Shown: in pieces, positions 1 through 8,405 of the stretch
Layout of the letters: each line of letters opens with the position of its first letter
Position numbering within the stretch: position 1 is the stretch's first letter
Source of the DNA: Candidatus Marinacidobacterales bacterium
GTDB lineage: Bacteria > Acidobacteriota > Vicinamibacteria > Marinacidobacterales > DATDRI01
NCBI GenBank assembly: GCA_965226495.1
Contig: OZ245365.1
Coordinates: 4,544,001 to 4,608,000 of the forward strand
Length of the DNA stretch: 64,000 nt
Direction: 5' to 3'
The notes under the pieces: generated by a model
What the model was told of the DNA's origin: nothing
The model's input: only the letters and a program-made list of their open reading frames with translations
The model's database searches: none
Program-made: the position numbers and the translations under genes

Positions 1-2323
1 GTAGCTCTGGTTCCAGGCGGCTTCCATCGGCGGGGATCGAATAGAGCTCCCGGGCGCCCGTCCTTTGCGAGGAAAACGCCAGCTCGGTGCCGTCCAAGAT
101 CCAAACGGGTCGATCGTTGGTTCCATCGAACGTCAAACGCGTTGGAGGACGGTTATCCAAGTAGTACACCCAGAGGTCGCCGAGCTGAGGGTCATCCTGA
201 CCGGCAACGAGAGCCAACCGCCGCCCGTCGGGTGAAAGTCGGATATGCCTCGGATTTTCGAGAGGCTCTTTCACTAGCGGGGTCTCTCGCCCGTCACGTT
301 CGACCCACACCAACGTCGCCAGCGTTTTTGGGACTGGAAGATACGCGATGGATCCGTCCGTTGATAAGGCGAAACTCCCAGTTCCGCGAGGTCTTCGTGT
401 CCGATTAAACCCGAGCAACGACGTGCCGCTGATCCCGTCAATCACCGGCGCGGAGGAACCCGTCGTCTTTAAGTTTTCAAGGTCGAATGGCGCTGCCATA
501 AGGGTTTCCCCTACCAAATAGAGCAAATGACCGGAAGGCGCGTAGCGGGGAGAGTAACCTCCTTCGAGCACGGTGTGGTATTCGCCAGACTCCAGTGAGA
601 GGACCGCGATGCGGTTAGGTGCGGCGCCCGTCGTGCCCCCAATCGAGAAGAGGAGCGCATTGCGATTGGGTAGTACCTCGGGCCAGGCGTGCCCCCCCTC
701 ATCGTTTGCCGAGTCGGGGATGGTAAGCGCCTTTGGCGCCCCGCCGCTGGCGGGCACCTGGAATAGACCAAACTGACCACGTTCGCCAGGAGCAGCAAAG
801 ATGATGGTATTGTCGGTGCTCCAGGACGCCCCCAAAACAACTCCTCCCGTTTGATATAAGGTCGTCACCTGACCCCCGAGGACAGGCACCTTTTTCAGCT
901 TCCCTCCGGGCACTTCGAGAAACCCGACCCACTCGCCGTCGGGGGAGAAGAACGGGCTAGTAGCATTTGTCGTTCCCGGTAGCGGCGTGGCGTCGAGTTG
1001 ATCGAGGGGGCGGAGGTAGAGCTGGCGTTGATCGCCAGCCACCGCGGTGTAGACGAGACGTGATCCATCTGGCGACAATGCGAGGGTGCCGGGGTTGCCA
1101 AGCCACCCGGCAAGCGGTGCCTCGGCAGGCAAGGTGATCGATAGTCGACGGGTGGGCTCGGGAGAGTGCGGCTCCATTAGCGCCCAAACAGCGATTCCCG
1201 CTAGCAACGCAGCGGCGATCCCCGTCGCGATTGCCGGGATGAGCCGGGACTTCGTTTCTCCAGATGGGAGCACTGTCGGGCTCGAGGCTTCCCCAAAGAT
1301 CCATTTCAGCTGCGCCATCACATTGGATGCCGACTGCCAACGCTCGTCCGGGTCCTTCGCGAGACACATCCGGATCACGTGATCCACCGCAGGCGGTGCG
1401 CTAGATATGGACGGAGGTTCGTCTTTGAGAATCGCTCCAATCAGACTCGCCTGGCTCTTTCCTTCGAACGCTCGTTGCCCCGTCACCATCTCGTAAAGCA
1501 CGGAGCCGAAAGCGAAGATGTCGGTGCGAGCGTCGGCCTTCTTTCCCTCCACTTGCTCCGGGGCCATGTACTGTAACGTGCCGATAATCGCTCCTTCTCG
1601 CGTCATCTTCGTCACGGTGGCCGCGTCAGGATCGCGCTTGGAAGGCTCGGGCATCAGCTTTGCCAAGCCGAAATCCAGAAGTTTCGCTCCGGATTTCGTG
1701 AGCATGATGTTGCCGGGCTTTAGGTCTCGGTGCACCACGCCGTTACGGTGCGCCTTGTCGAGCGCGTCCGCGATCTCGATTCCATGTTGGAGTGCTTGGT
1801 CCAAGGGAAGCGCGCCTTTGCCAAGTCGTTCGGCCAGCGTCTCCCCCTCGATGTACTCCATCACCAAGAAGTCGACACCGTTTTCTTGGCCGACGTCGTA
1901 GAGTGTGCAGATGTGGGGGTGGTTCAGTTGGGAGATCGTGCGGGCCTCACGCTCGAAGCGTGCGCGGACGTCGCGATTACTGGCTACGTGTGAGGGAAGA
2001 ACTTTGATAGCAACACTGCGATCGAGTCGCGTGTCGGTGGCTTGGTAGACCTGACCCATCCCGCCCGCGCCAATGAGGCGAACGAGCTTGTAGTGGCCGA
2101 GCTCGGTTCCGGGAGAGAGTTCCATGCTATTCACCAACGGTGCGCGGTCGAGAAAGCCGTTCGCTTCTGCTTGTTCATGGTTCGCCAGCAACTCTTCCAC
2201 CCGCGCTCGCAGCGCATCTTGTCCTGAACACGCTTCGTCCAAGAATGCCGCTCGCTCCTCGGGAGCGAGCCCGAGCGCGGCCTCGAAAAGCTCTCCGATC
2301 CGCTCCCAGGAATCCGGCTTCAA
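1..2323 (-). CDS. Ser/Thr protein kinase with N-terminal helical leader and C-terminal TolB/PD40-like beta-propeller (runs off the window's left edge)
   Basis: Manual translation from TTG at 2323: LKPDSWERIGELFEAALG...GAGGMGQVY...VAIKVL...HRDLKPGN...DFGLAK, followed by FFSPDG repeats. Close paralog of 3771-6680. Missing from the ORF track because its stop lies outside the window. Confidence 0.93.
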   Translation of the reverse strand, partial: MKPDSWERIGELFEAALGLAPEERAAFLDEACSGQDALRARVEELLANHEQAEANGFLDRAPLVNSMELSPGTELGHYKLVRLIGAGGMGQVYQATDTRLDRSVAIKVLPSHVASNRDVRARFEREARTISQLNHPHICTLYDVGQENGVDFLVMEYIEGETLAERLGKGALPLDQALQHGIEIADALDKAHRNGVVHRDLKPGNIMLTKSGAKLLDFGLAKLMPEPSKRDPDAATVTKMTREGAIIGTLQYMAPEQVEGKKADARTDIFAFGSVLYEMVTGQRAFEGKSQASLIGAILKDEPPSISSAPPAVDHVIRMCLAKDPDERWQSASNVMAQLKWIFGEASSPTVLPSGETKSRLIPAIATGIAAALLAGIAVWALMEPHSPEPTRRLSITLPAEAPLAGWLGNPGTLALSPDGSRLVYTAVAGDQRQLYLRPLDQLDATPLPGTTNATSPFFSPDGEWVGFLEVPGGKLKKVPVLGGQVTTLYQTGGVVLGASWSTDNTIIFAAPGERGQFGLFQVPASGGAPKALTIPDSANDEGGHAWPEVLPNRNALLFSIGGTTGAAPNRIAVLSLESGEYHTVLEGGYSPRYAPSGHLLYLVGETLMAAPFDLENLKTTGSSAPVIDGISGTSLLGFNRTRRPRGTGSFALSTDGSIAYLPVPKTLATLVWVERDGRETPLVKEPLENPRHIRLSPDGRRLALVAGQDDPQLGDLWVYYLDNRPPTRLTFDGTNDRPVWILDGTELAFSSQRTGARELYSIPADGSRLEPEL

Positions 2324-2390
2324 GTAATGTACCTCTCGACTTCAAGGTAGAACCAGACACGGGGGAAAAGCGATTTCCATTTGGAGATGG
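2320..2390 (-). pseudogene. Remnant of the 3' end of an ECF sigma factor gene overlapping the STK start
   Basis: Translates ...KWKSLFPRVWFYLEVERYIT*, versus ECF 7809-8405 ...[19 protein letters not shown]. It has the same TTACTTGAAGCC stop/start overlap as at 8398-8409. Confidence 0.7.
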
Positions 2391-2416
2391 AGCAACATGC
2401 CAGCCCTCCTGCCCGA

Positions 2417-2447
2417 GAAAATAGCGGTACACGAGCCGAAAAGTCAA
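2417..2447 (-). promoter_or_regulatory. Repeated sigma70-like promoter module, copy 1
   Basis: + strand gaaaatagcggtacacgagccgaaaagtcaa = minus strand TTGACT-N18-TATTTT. Confidence 0.7.
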
Positions 2448-2458
2448 TCCGTCGCTGG

Positions 2459-3554
2459 CTACGACGGGTCGCCGCGACCCTTTGGCGAGCGCCCCTGCTG
2501 AGAAGCATCGATCTTCCTTTGCATGAACGCCGCCCCGAACGTCCGCTCCGCCGTCAAGCGGTTGTGAGGCCCGCAGTGAAGCCGTAGATTCCTCTCGTCG
2601 TGGCTTCCATTCCGCGCATAGGACCGCAGGTGCTCGATTTGGAGACCGGTTCGCGCGCGACACCGGGTCCCGTCCGGGCCCCGGAATTCACATTGGTAGC
2701 CGGCCCGATCTTGAACGCGCTCCCGAACCTCGGAAGGGATGTAGCGGGACTTAACAGAAATCTCGTCCGGACGAGATTTTTTGTTACCTTTCGACACCCT
2801 CCGTAGTCGCCGTGCGTGCTTTCTCTTCAGATCTTTTTTGTCGAGTGCGATATCCAAAGCCTGGTCCATGATCTCGGCCATATGCTGCAAGGGGTTTTCT
2901 ACTCCGAGGACTTCCGCCAGACGCTCGAACTTCTCCTTGAACTCGCGGTTCGCGGCGAAGCGGAAGTTGAAACCTCCGGATATCCACCTCCGGCCTGGCG
3001 GGCTCGAGGATCGCCGGTGACACCCGGGGAGTGGGCCGCGGCGTGTGAGTTGGCGGCGTCTGAACTGGCGGCGGGGCCTGGACGCGCGGCGCGGTCGTGG
3101 GCGCCTTTCGAATCGAGGGTGCAAAGACGAGCTTGGGCCGAAGCGCGACCAGGTACTCCTCAGCCTCCCGCTTGGTCATTCCGACACAATCCCCAAGAAG
3201 CTTCTCGACATTGCTTTCAGTAAGAACGGGCGCGAGGAGACCCGCCACGGTGAGACTCAATCGGTTCTCAGCCAGCGCCACCAATAACTGGGGAAATCGT
3301 CTCGACACATTGGCCACCTGAATTCGCAAGGCAACCGACCCCTCACTCAAGCGAAGTCGTCTTACGCAGTAGTCGAAGAGATTCTTGTACCCCAGCTCCA
3401 GATAGCCCTTTCTTCTCGACATCTCTGCGACGTGAGCGATGACGAGCCCCACGCTTCGTTTCTCGGCGCGAACCAACTTGTCGACCGATCGGTCGAGTTT
3501 CTCCGTGGAAAGCTTTTCGAGCGCTTCGAAGTATGCCTTAACTTTTTCGATCAT
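2459..3554 (-). pseudogene. HNH endonuclease-domain protein (DUF222-like N-terminus), frameshifted near 2980
   Basis: ORF 2784-3554 (AHVAEMSRRKGYLELGYKNLFDYC...) continues in ORF 2459-3124 (RYIPSEVRERV...QCEF...C...LQIEH...NLRLHCGPHN). A net 13-nt insertion separates the two frames. Confidence 0.8.
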
Positions 3555-3770
3555 GGCCGTTGCCCCCTTCTCCCTAATATAGTCACGGGTTTTTTATGGG
3601 CCGGAGTGGCCCTGAGCGAAAAGCAAACGGACTTAGTTAAACAAAATGTTGAGATTGCGAAGAAGGGATGCGAGGGGGCGCGGTTGCGATTCCTGAGGGT
3701 ACTTGTACTAACGACTCTTTACTTTTTGATTTCGCCTCGCGAAAGTTGTCAAGTGATTTTAGACTTTTTT

Positions 3771-6680
3771 TTACTTTGTAGGAACCAGCCGTTCGAGCTC
3801 CTCGAACCAGTTGAGGATGACATGGATTTGCGGTGCTACTCGCTTGCTCTCACCCGTGCGCCGCACCATTACAAACTGTTGACCGTCCGGGGAAACGTCG
3901 TAGTTCGTGTGCCCACGACGGGCGTCGCTTCTGCTGGCCTCATACTTGCCCTCAAAGAGGACTGTCGCGGTCCGCGCGGAAAACGTCCCTTCGGTCTCGA
4001 CCTCTGCCACAAGCATCTGCTCTCCCTTCCGGTAGAACAACTCGGTGCCGTCCCGTGCCCAGATGGGCTCCGTTCCACCCCCGGTCGAGACGATCACCTC
4101 GCCGCCTGGGCCTGGGTGGGGCCGCACGTACACCTCGTCTTGGCCGGATTCATCGGATACATAGGCCATGAAGCGCCCGTCCGGAGAAAACGTTCCTGCT
4201 CGTTCGTCGAACGGGCCAACCAGAAAGGGTGAGGACGCTGGATCTCCCTCGAGCGAGAGCACCCATAGGTTTGCTCCCGTGTCTGGACCAGCCTCGGTGT
4301 AGGCGATGGCGCGCCCGTCACTCGTCCATGACGTGGCGGATTGGTACCCGTCGCGGACAAGCAGAGCCTCGAGAAAACCACTCCCATCAACAGGCGCCAT
4401 GTACAAGTCGGTTCTGCCAGGTTTGGACACCGAGAATGCCACCCGGCTGCCATCCGGTGACCAGGTCGGAAAGAGGTTGTTCCCCTCGAGCGTGACTCTG
4501 GTTCGCGATCCGCGCTCGACCTCGATGGTCCAGACGTCGACGTCGAGTTGCCAATCTGAGATGGAGCCTTCGGTCTCGGCGACGGAAAAAGCCAGGTGGC
4601 GGCCGTCGGGCGAGAAACGAGGGAAAAGGTAGTCGGCTGTGATCTCCGTCACTGGCGCCTCGCGACCGCTCCGGTCAACAAGTACCAGCACGGATCGTGT
4701 TGTCGATCCGGTTGTGCCGGAAACATACACCAGCGATCCGTCCCCCGAAAAGCTGAAGTTCACGGCGCCGCTGGCCTTGGTGATCACACCCTCCAGAACT
4801 GGAACGGGATCGGCGGTAACGGCAAGCCTGTCAAGATCGAACGGTACCGCCCACAACCTCCCGTCCACGCCGTATACGACGTGTCCAGTGGGCACGTAGT
4901 GAGGATTGCTGCCATTCTCAATGACGACTTTAGGATCACCATTTTCAAGCGACAGTACGGCAATCCGGTTGCTTTCGGGCGTTAGGATGTTGAAGAGGAT
5001 GGCATCTCCGCCCGGCAGGAACTCCGGCCAAGTATGGTTCACTTCTCCTTGCTCCGTATCCACGGTCGTCAACTCGTCCGGCTGGCCCCCGGCTGCCGCG
5101 ACCCGTAGCAACCCCTTGCTCGCAGAGGTCGAGAAAACGATCGTGTCATCAGGCCCCCAACTCACGCCACGCAGCGACGAGGTCCACTGACAAATCGTCA
5201 CAGATCGCCCGCCAAGGACGGAGACCTTTTTGAGCTTGTTGTTGTCCCTCCCGCCACTCACCTCGAATCCCACCCATTCCCCGTCGGGTGAGAAGAATGG
5301 GCTGCGAGCACGCTCGCTTCCTAGGAGAGGTGTGGCTACGAGCTGATCGAGTTCGCGGACATAGAGGTGCCGACTCTCGTGGCTACCAGTGCTAGTCATA
5401 TAGACGATGCGCATACCGTCAGGGGAGAAGGCCACGTCTGTTTGAGACCCAGTAAGTCGCAACGATCCTTCCGGTGGCGTTGCGACCGTAAACTGTGCGG
5501 GCGCGGGAGGTGGCGCGACCGGCTCCGGCAACACGAGTGCCCATACAACGAGACCAACGAGCAGCGTGCCGAGGACTCCGACAGCGATTCCAGGGACGAG
5601 CCGCGACTGCGTTTGCCCAGTGGGAAGCACGGCCGGGCTCGAACCTTCGCCAGAGATCCATCTCAGGTCCTGCATTAGATCCGAGGCGGTTTGCCAGCGC
5701 CGATCCGGTTCTTTTGCCAAGCACCGCCGGATCACGTGATCCAGCAACGGCGGTGCGGCAGAGATGGTTGGGGGCTCGCGTTCTAGAATCGCCGCGATCA
5801 GACTCGCCTGACTCTCTCCTTTGAAAGCTCTCCGCCCCGTCACCATCTCGTAGAGCACGGAGCCGAAAGCGAAGATGTCCGTGCGCGCGTCGGCTTTCTT
5901 ACCCTCTACCTGCTCCGGGGCCATGTACTGCAACGTCCCGACTATCGTTCCCTCTCGTGTCATCTTCGTCGCGGTGGCCGCGTCAGGATCGAGCTTGGAA
6001 GGCTCGGGCGCCAACTTCGCCAAGCCAAAGTCCAAAAGCTTGGCGCCCGATTTCGTGAGCATGACGTTGCCGGGCTTGAGATCCCGGTGCACGATGCCGT
6101 GACGGTGCGCCTTGTCGAGCGCGTCGGCGATCTCGATTCCGTGCTGCAACGCCAGTTCGAGTGGAAGTGCCCCTTTCTCCAATCGCTCCGCCAGCGTCTC
6201 CCCCTCGATGTACTCCATCACCAGGAAGTCGACATCGTTTTCTTGGCCGACGTCGTAGAGTGTGCAGATGTGAGGGTGGTTCAGTTGGGAGATCGTACGG
6301 GCCTCACGCTCGAAGCGTACGCGGACGTCGGGGTTACTGGCTACGTCTGAGGGGAGGACTTTGATGGCAACGGTGCGATCGAGCCGCGTGTCGGTGGCTT
6401 GGTAGACCTGGCCCATCCCGCCCGCACCAATGAGGCGAACGAGCTTGTAGCGACCAAGCTCGGTTCCGGGCGCGAGCTCCATGCTTTCTACCTCGGTCGC
6501 TCGCTCGAGAAAGCCATTGGCTTCCGCCTCTTCATGATTGGCTAGTAGCTCCTCGACCCGTTCTCTGAGCGCATCCTGTCTCGAGCACGCTTCGTCCAAG
6601 AAAGCCGCCCGCTCCTTGGGAGCAAGACTGAGCGCGGTGTCGAACAGTTCTGCGGCACGCTCCCAGGAGTCCGGGTTCAA
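3771..6680 (-). CDS. Ser/Thr protein kinase with leader, TM helix and TolB/PD40-like beta-propellers
   Basis: 969 aa; GAGGMG, VAIK, HRDLKPGN, DFG and YMAPE motifs; SPDG repeats; NWFEEL tail. Confidence 0.96.
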   Translation of the reverse strand: MNPDSWERAAELFDTALSLAPKERAAFLDEACSRQDALRERVEELLANHEEAEANGFLERATEVESMELAPGTELGRYKLVRLIGAGGMGQVYQATDTRLDRTVAIKVLPSDVASNPDVRVRFEREARTISQLNHPHICTLYDVGQENDVDFLVMEYIEGETLAERLEKGALPLELALQHGIEIADALDKAHRHGIVHRDLKPGNVMLTKSGAKLLDFGLAKLAPEPSKLDPDAATATKMTREGTIVGTLQYMAPEQVEGKKADARTDIFAFGSVLYEMVTGRRAFKGESQASLIAAILEREPPTISAAPPLLDHVIRRCLAKEPDRRWQTASDLMQDLRWISGEGSSPAVLPTGQTQSRLVPGIAVGVLGTLLVGLVVWALVLPEPVAPPPAPAQFTVATPPEGSLRLTGSQTDVAFSPDGMRIVYMTSTGSHESRHLYVRELDQLVATPLLGSERARSPFFSPDGEWVGFEVSGGRDNNKLKKVSVLGGRSVTICQWTSSLRGVSWGPDDTIVFSTSASKGLLRVAAAGGQPDELTTVDTEQGEVNHTWPEFLPGGDAILFNILTPESNRIAVLSLENGDPKVVIENGSNPHYVPTGHVVYGVDGRLWAVPFDLDRLAVTADPVPVLEGVITKASGAVNFSFSGDGSLVYVSGTTGSTTRSVLVLVDRSGREAPVTEITADYLFPRFSPDGRHLAFSVAETEGSISDWQLDVDVWTIEVERGSRTRVTLEGNNLFPTWSPDGSRVAFSVSKPGRTDLYMAPVDGSGFLEALLVRDGYQSATSWTSDGRAIAYTEAGPDTGANLWVLSLEGDPASSPFLVGPFDERAGTFSPDGRFMAYVSDESGQDEVYVRPHPGPGGEVIVSTGGGTEPIWARDGTELFYRKGEQMLVAEVETEGTFSARTATVLFEGKYEASRSDARRGHTNYDVSPDGQQFVMVRRTGESKRVAPQIHVILNWFEELERLVPTK

Positions 6681-6720
6681 GTGATCCGCTCACGAGTAAA
6701 GGAAGGAAACCATCGGTCCA

Positions 6721-6754
6721 CCCTCACCCTGCCCTCTCCCCAGAGGGGAGAGGG
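6721..6754. repeat. BoxC-like pyrimidine-tail hairpin element, copy 1
   Basis: ccctcaccctgccctctccc-caga-ggggagaggg; recurs at 51794, 59219 and 61175. Confidence 0.75.
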
Positions 6755-6756
6755 TT

Positions 6757-7680
6757 TCAAGGAAGGAAGCCATCATTGTTGTGGTGAAAATAGCTGTACA
6801 CGAGGCGAAAAGTCAATCCGGCTTCACTTCCTGGCGGCCCTGCCCTCGTGGAAGGATCGATCATCGTTGCTGAGAAAGCTGGCCGGCGGACAGCACGAGG
6901 ACGCTCTTCACCGTGAAAGCCCCCCCCTGCGCCTTCTTCCTTGATGGGTGATGACAATAAGGCTGCGAGATTTCCGGTGAAGGCCTGTGCGGCGCGCGCG
7001 TCAACTGGAAGCTCCAACTTGAGCAGGGAAACTTCCTTGAGCTTGGCACTCATCAAGCCTTCCGCGGCGTGTTCCGCCGTTTCCGGAGCGACGGCGTGGA
7101 TCACTTCGTGGACCACCACCGAGCTCATCGCCCGCGCAACCCGATCGCGCTCGAGCCACGCGAGCTTCTTCAACCGTTCGAGCTCGGGAGTTTCGAACGC
7201 CGGGCCGCGCCGGGTCGATCCGCCGACCTTCCGGGGCTGCTTGCGCGGATCCACGGCTCGCACGATGGTGGGGAAGAAAATCCAGATATTGTTCAGGTGC
7301 CCGTCAACGCCGAAAACGACGCCCATCGTCTGTACGGGGAAACCGAGTTTGCCGGGCTCGGACGGTCTCAAATAAACGACGAACTCTCGCCCTTCGCGAG
7401 TTGACGCCAGCGTTGGATCGTCCTTCCAGAGAAGGCGAGCACCGAGTCTCTCGAAGGAAGCCCGTACTTGGGCCGCAAGGGTCTCGGAGCCGACATCGAA
7501 GAGCCCGTAGCTGTCCACCCATCGGATGGTGAGGTCGGGTGCTCGATCCTGGGCTTGCGAAGGCGTTGTGAGAGCCAGCGTCAAGAGGACCAACTCTATG
7601 CACCTGGCGTGAAGACGAATCCCTCCTGTCATCTCGGAACCGGTGTTTTGTGCTTTAGGAAGGCGAGTGTGATTTTCCAT
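6757..7680 (-). CDS. Secreted hypothetical protein with HExxH zinc-metalloprotease-like motif (start and C-terminus uncertain)
   Basis: Signal-like LVLLTLALTTPSQA; VVVHEVIHAVAPETAEH...GLM. The last ~60 codons run through repeat sequence and may be read-through. Confidence 0.65.
   Translation of the reverse strand: MENHTRLPKAQNTGSEMTGGIRLHARCIELVLLTLALTTPSQAQDRAPDLTIRWVDSYGLFDVGSETLAAQVRASFERLGARLLWKDDPTLASTREGREFVVYLRPSEPGKLGFPVQTMGVVFGVDGHLNNIWIFFPTIVRAVDPRKQPRKVGGSTRRGPAFETPELERLKKLAWLERDRVARAMSSVVVHEVIHAVAPETAEHAAEGLMSAKLKEVSLLKLELPVDARAAQAFTGNLAALLSSPIKEEGAGGGFHGEERPRAVRRPAFSATMIDPSTRAGPPGSEAGLTFRLVYSYFHHNNDGFLP
6786..6816 (-). promoter_or_regulatory. Repeated sigma70-like promoter module, copy 2
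   Basis: gaaaatagctgtacacgaggcgaaaagtcaa. Confidence 0.7.
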
Positions 7681-7808
7681 CGTTTTCCCCCTTCGCCTTG
7701 AGTCGCGCAAATCAGCGGCCGAAAGGGCCACGCTTTCAGAAATAAAAGTAGGTTTGCGGTTCAGTGAGGCGGGGGCGTAGGATGGGCTCGATTCAACGAG
7801 GGCCAGCG

Positions 7809-8405
7809 TTGAAACCAACTGAACCCGTCACAGGGGACCCCGAGCAGCACAGGATTACCCAGCTTCTGAGAGATTGGGACAAAGGCAGTCCCGGCGCAGA
7901 GACGGAGCTTATGGAGGCGGTCTATCCAAGGCTACGCCGTCTGGCTCGGAAACACATGGCCGGCGAGCGCCGGGAACACTCGCTGCAGGCGACCGCCCTC
8001 GTCCACGAGGCTTACGAGAAGCTCGTCGACCAACGTCACAAATCTTGGGAGAACCGACTGCATTTTTTCGCGGCCGCTTCCGAGCTGATGCGACGGATCC
8101 TCGTTGACCACGCCCGCCGGCGAAAAGCGGAAAAACGCGGAGGCGGCCGACCCCACCTCACCTTCGATGATGCTTCGATTTTGTTGAACGAGCAGTCGGA
8201 CACCGTGTTGGCACTCAACGACGCGCTCGCCGGCTTGAGCAAACTATCTCCCCGCCAGGAACGGATCGTCGTGCTTCAGTTTTTCGGAGGTCTGGAACAA
8301 AAGGAGATCGCAAAGCTCATGGGCATCAGCCTCCGAACCGTGAAAAGAGAATGGTGTGCCGCCCGAGCTTGGCTCTACGGTGAAGTCAAGAGGCAAGTTA
8401 CTTGA
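7809..8405 (+). CDS. ECF sigma factor of the STK-associated type (ECF43/TIGR02999-like)
   Basis: ITQLL...LRRLAR...HSLQATALVHEAY...HFFAAASELMRRILVDHARRRKAEKRGGG...TVKREW..ARAWL; stop overlaps the STK start (TTGA). Start could be further upstream (ORF track 7764). Confidence 0.93.
   Translation: MKPTEPVTGDPEQHRITQLLRDWDKGSPGAETELMEAVYPRLRRLARKHMAGERREHSLQATALVHEAYEKLVDQRHKSWENRLHFFAAASELMRRILVDHARRRKAEKRGGGRPHLTFDDASILLNEQSDTVLALNDALAGLSKLSPRQERIVVLQFFGGLEQKEIAKLMGISLRTVKREWCAARAWLYGEVKRQVT

Noticed and set aside
865-900. REP-like cctgacccc/ggacaggcaccttttt motif
   Set aside because: Explained by the kinase coding sequence LKKVPVLGGQ, which aligns with LKKVSVLGGR in the paralog.
2459-3770. 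IscB/HEARO RNA-guided nuclease
   Set aside because: No PLMP N-terminus or split RuvC motifs are visible; only an HNH domain.
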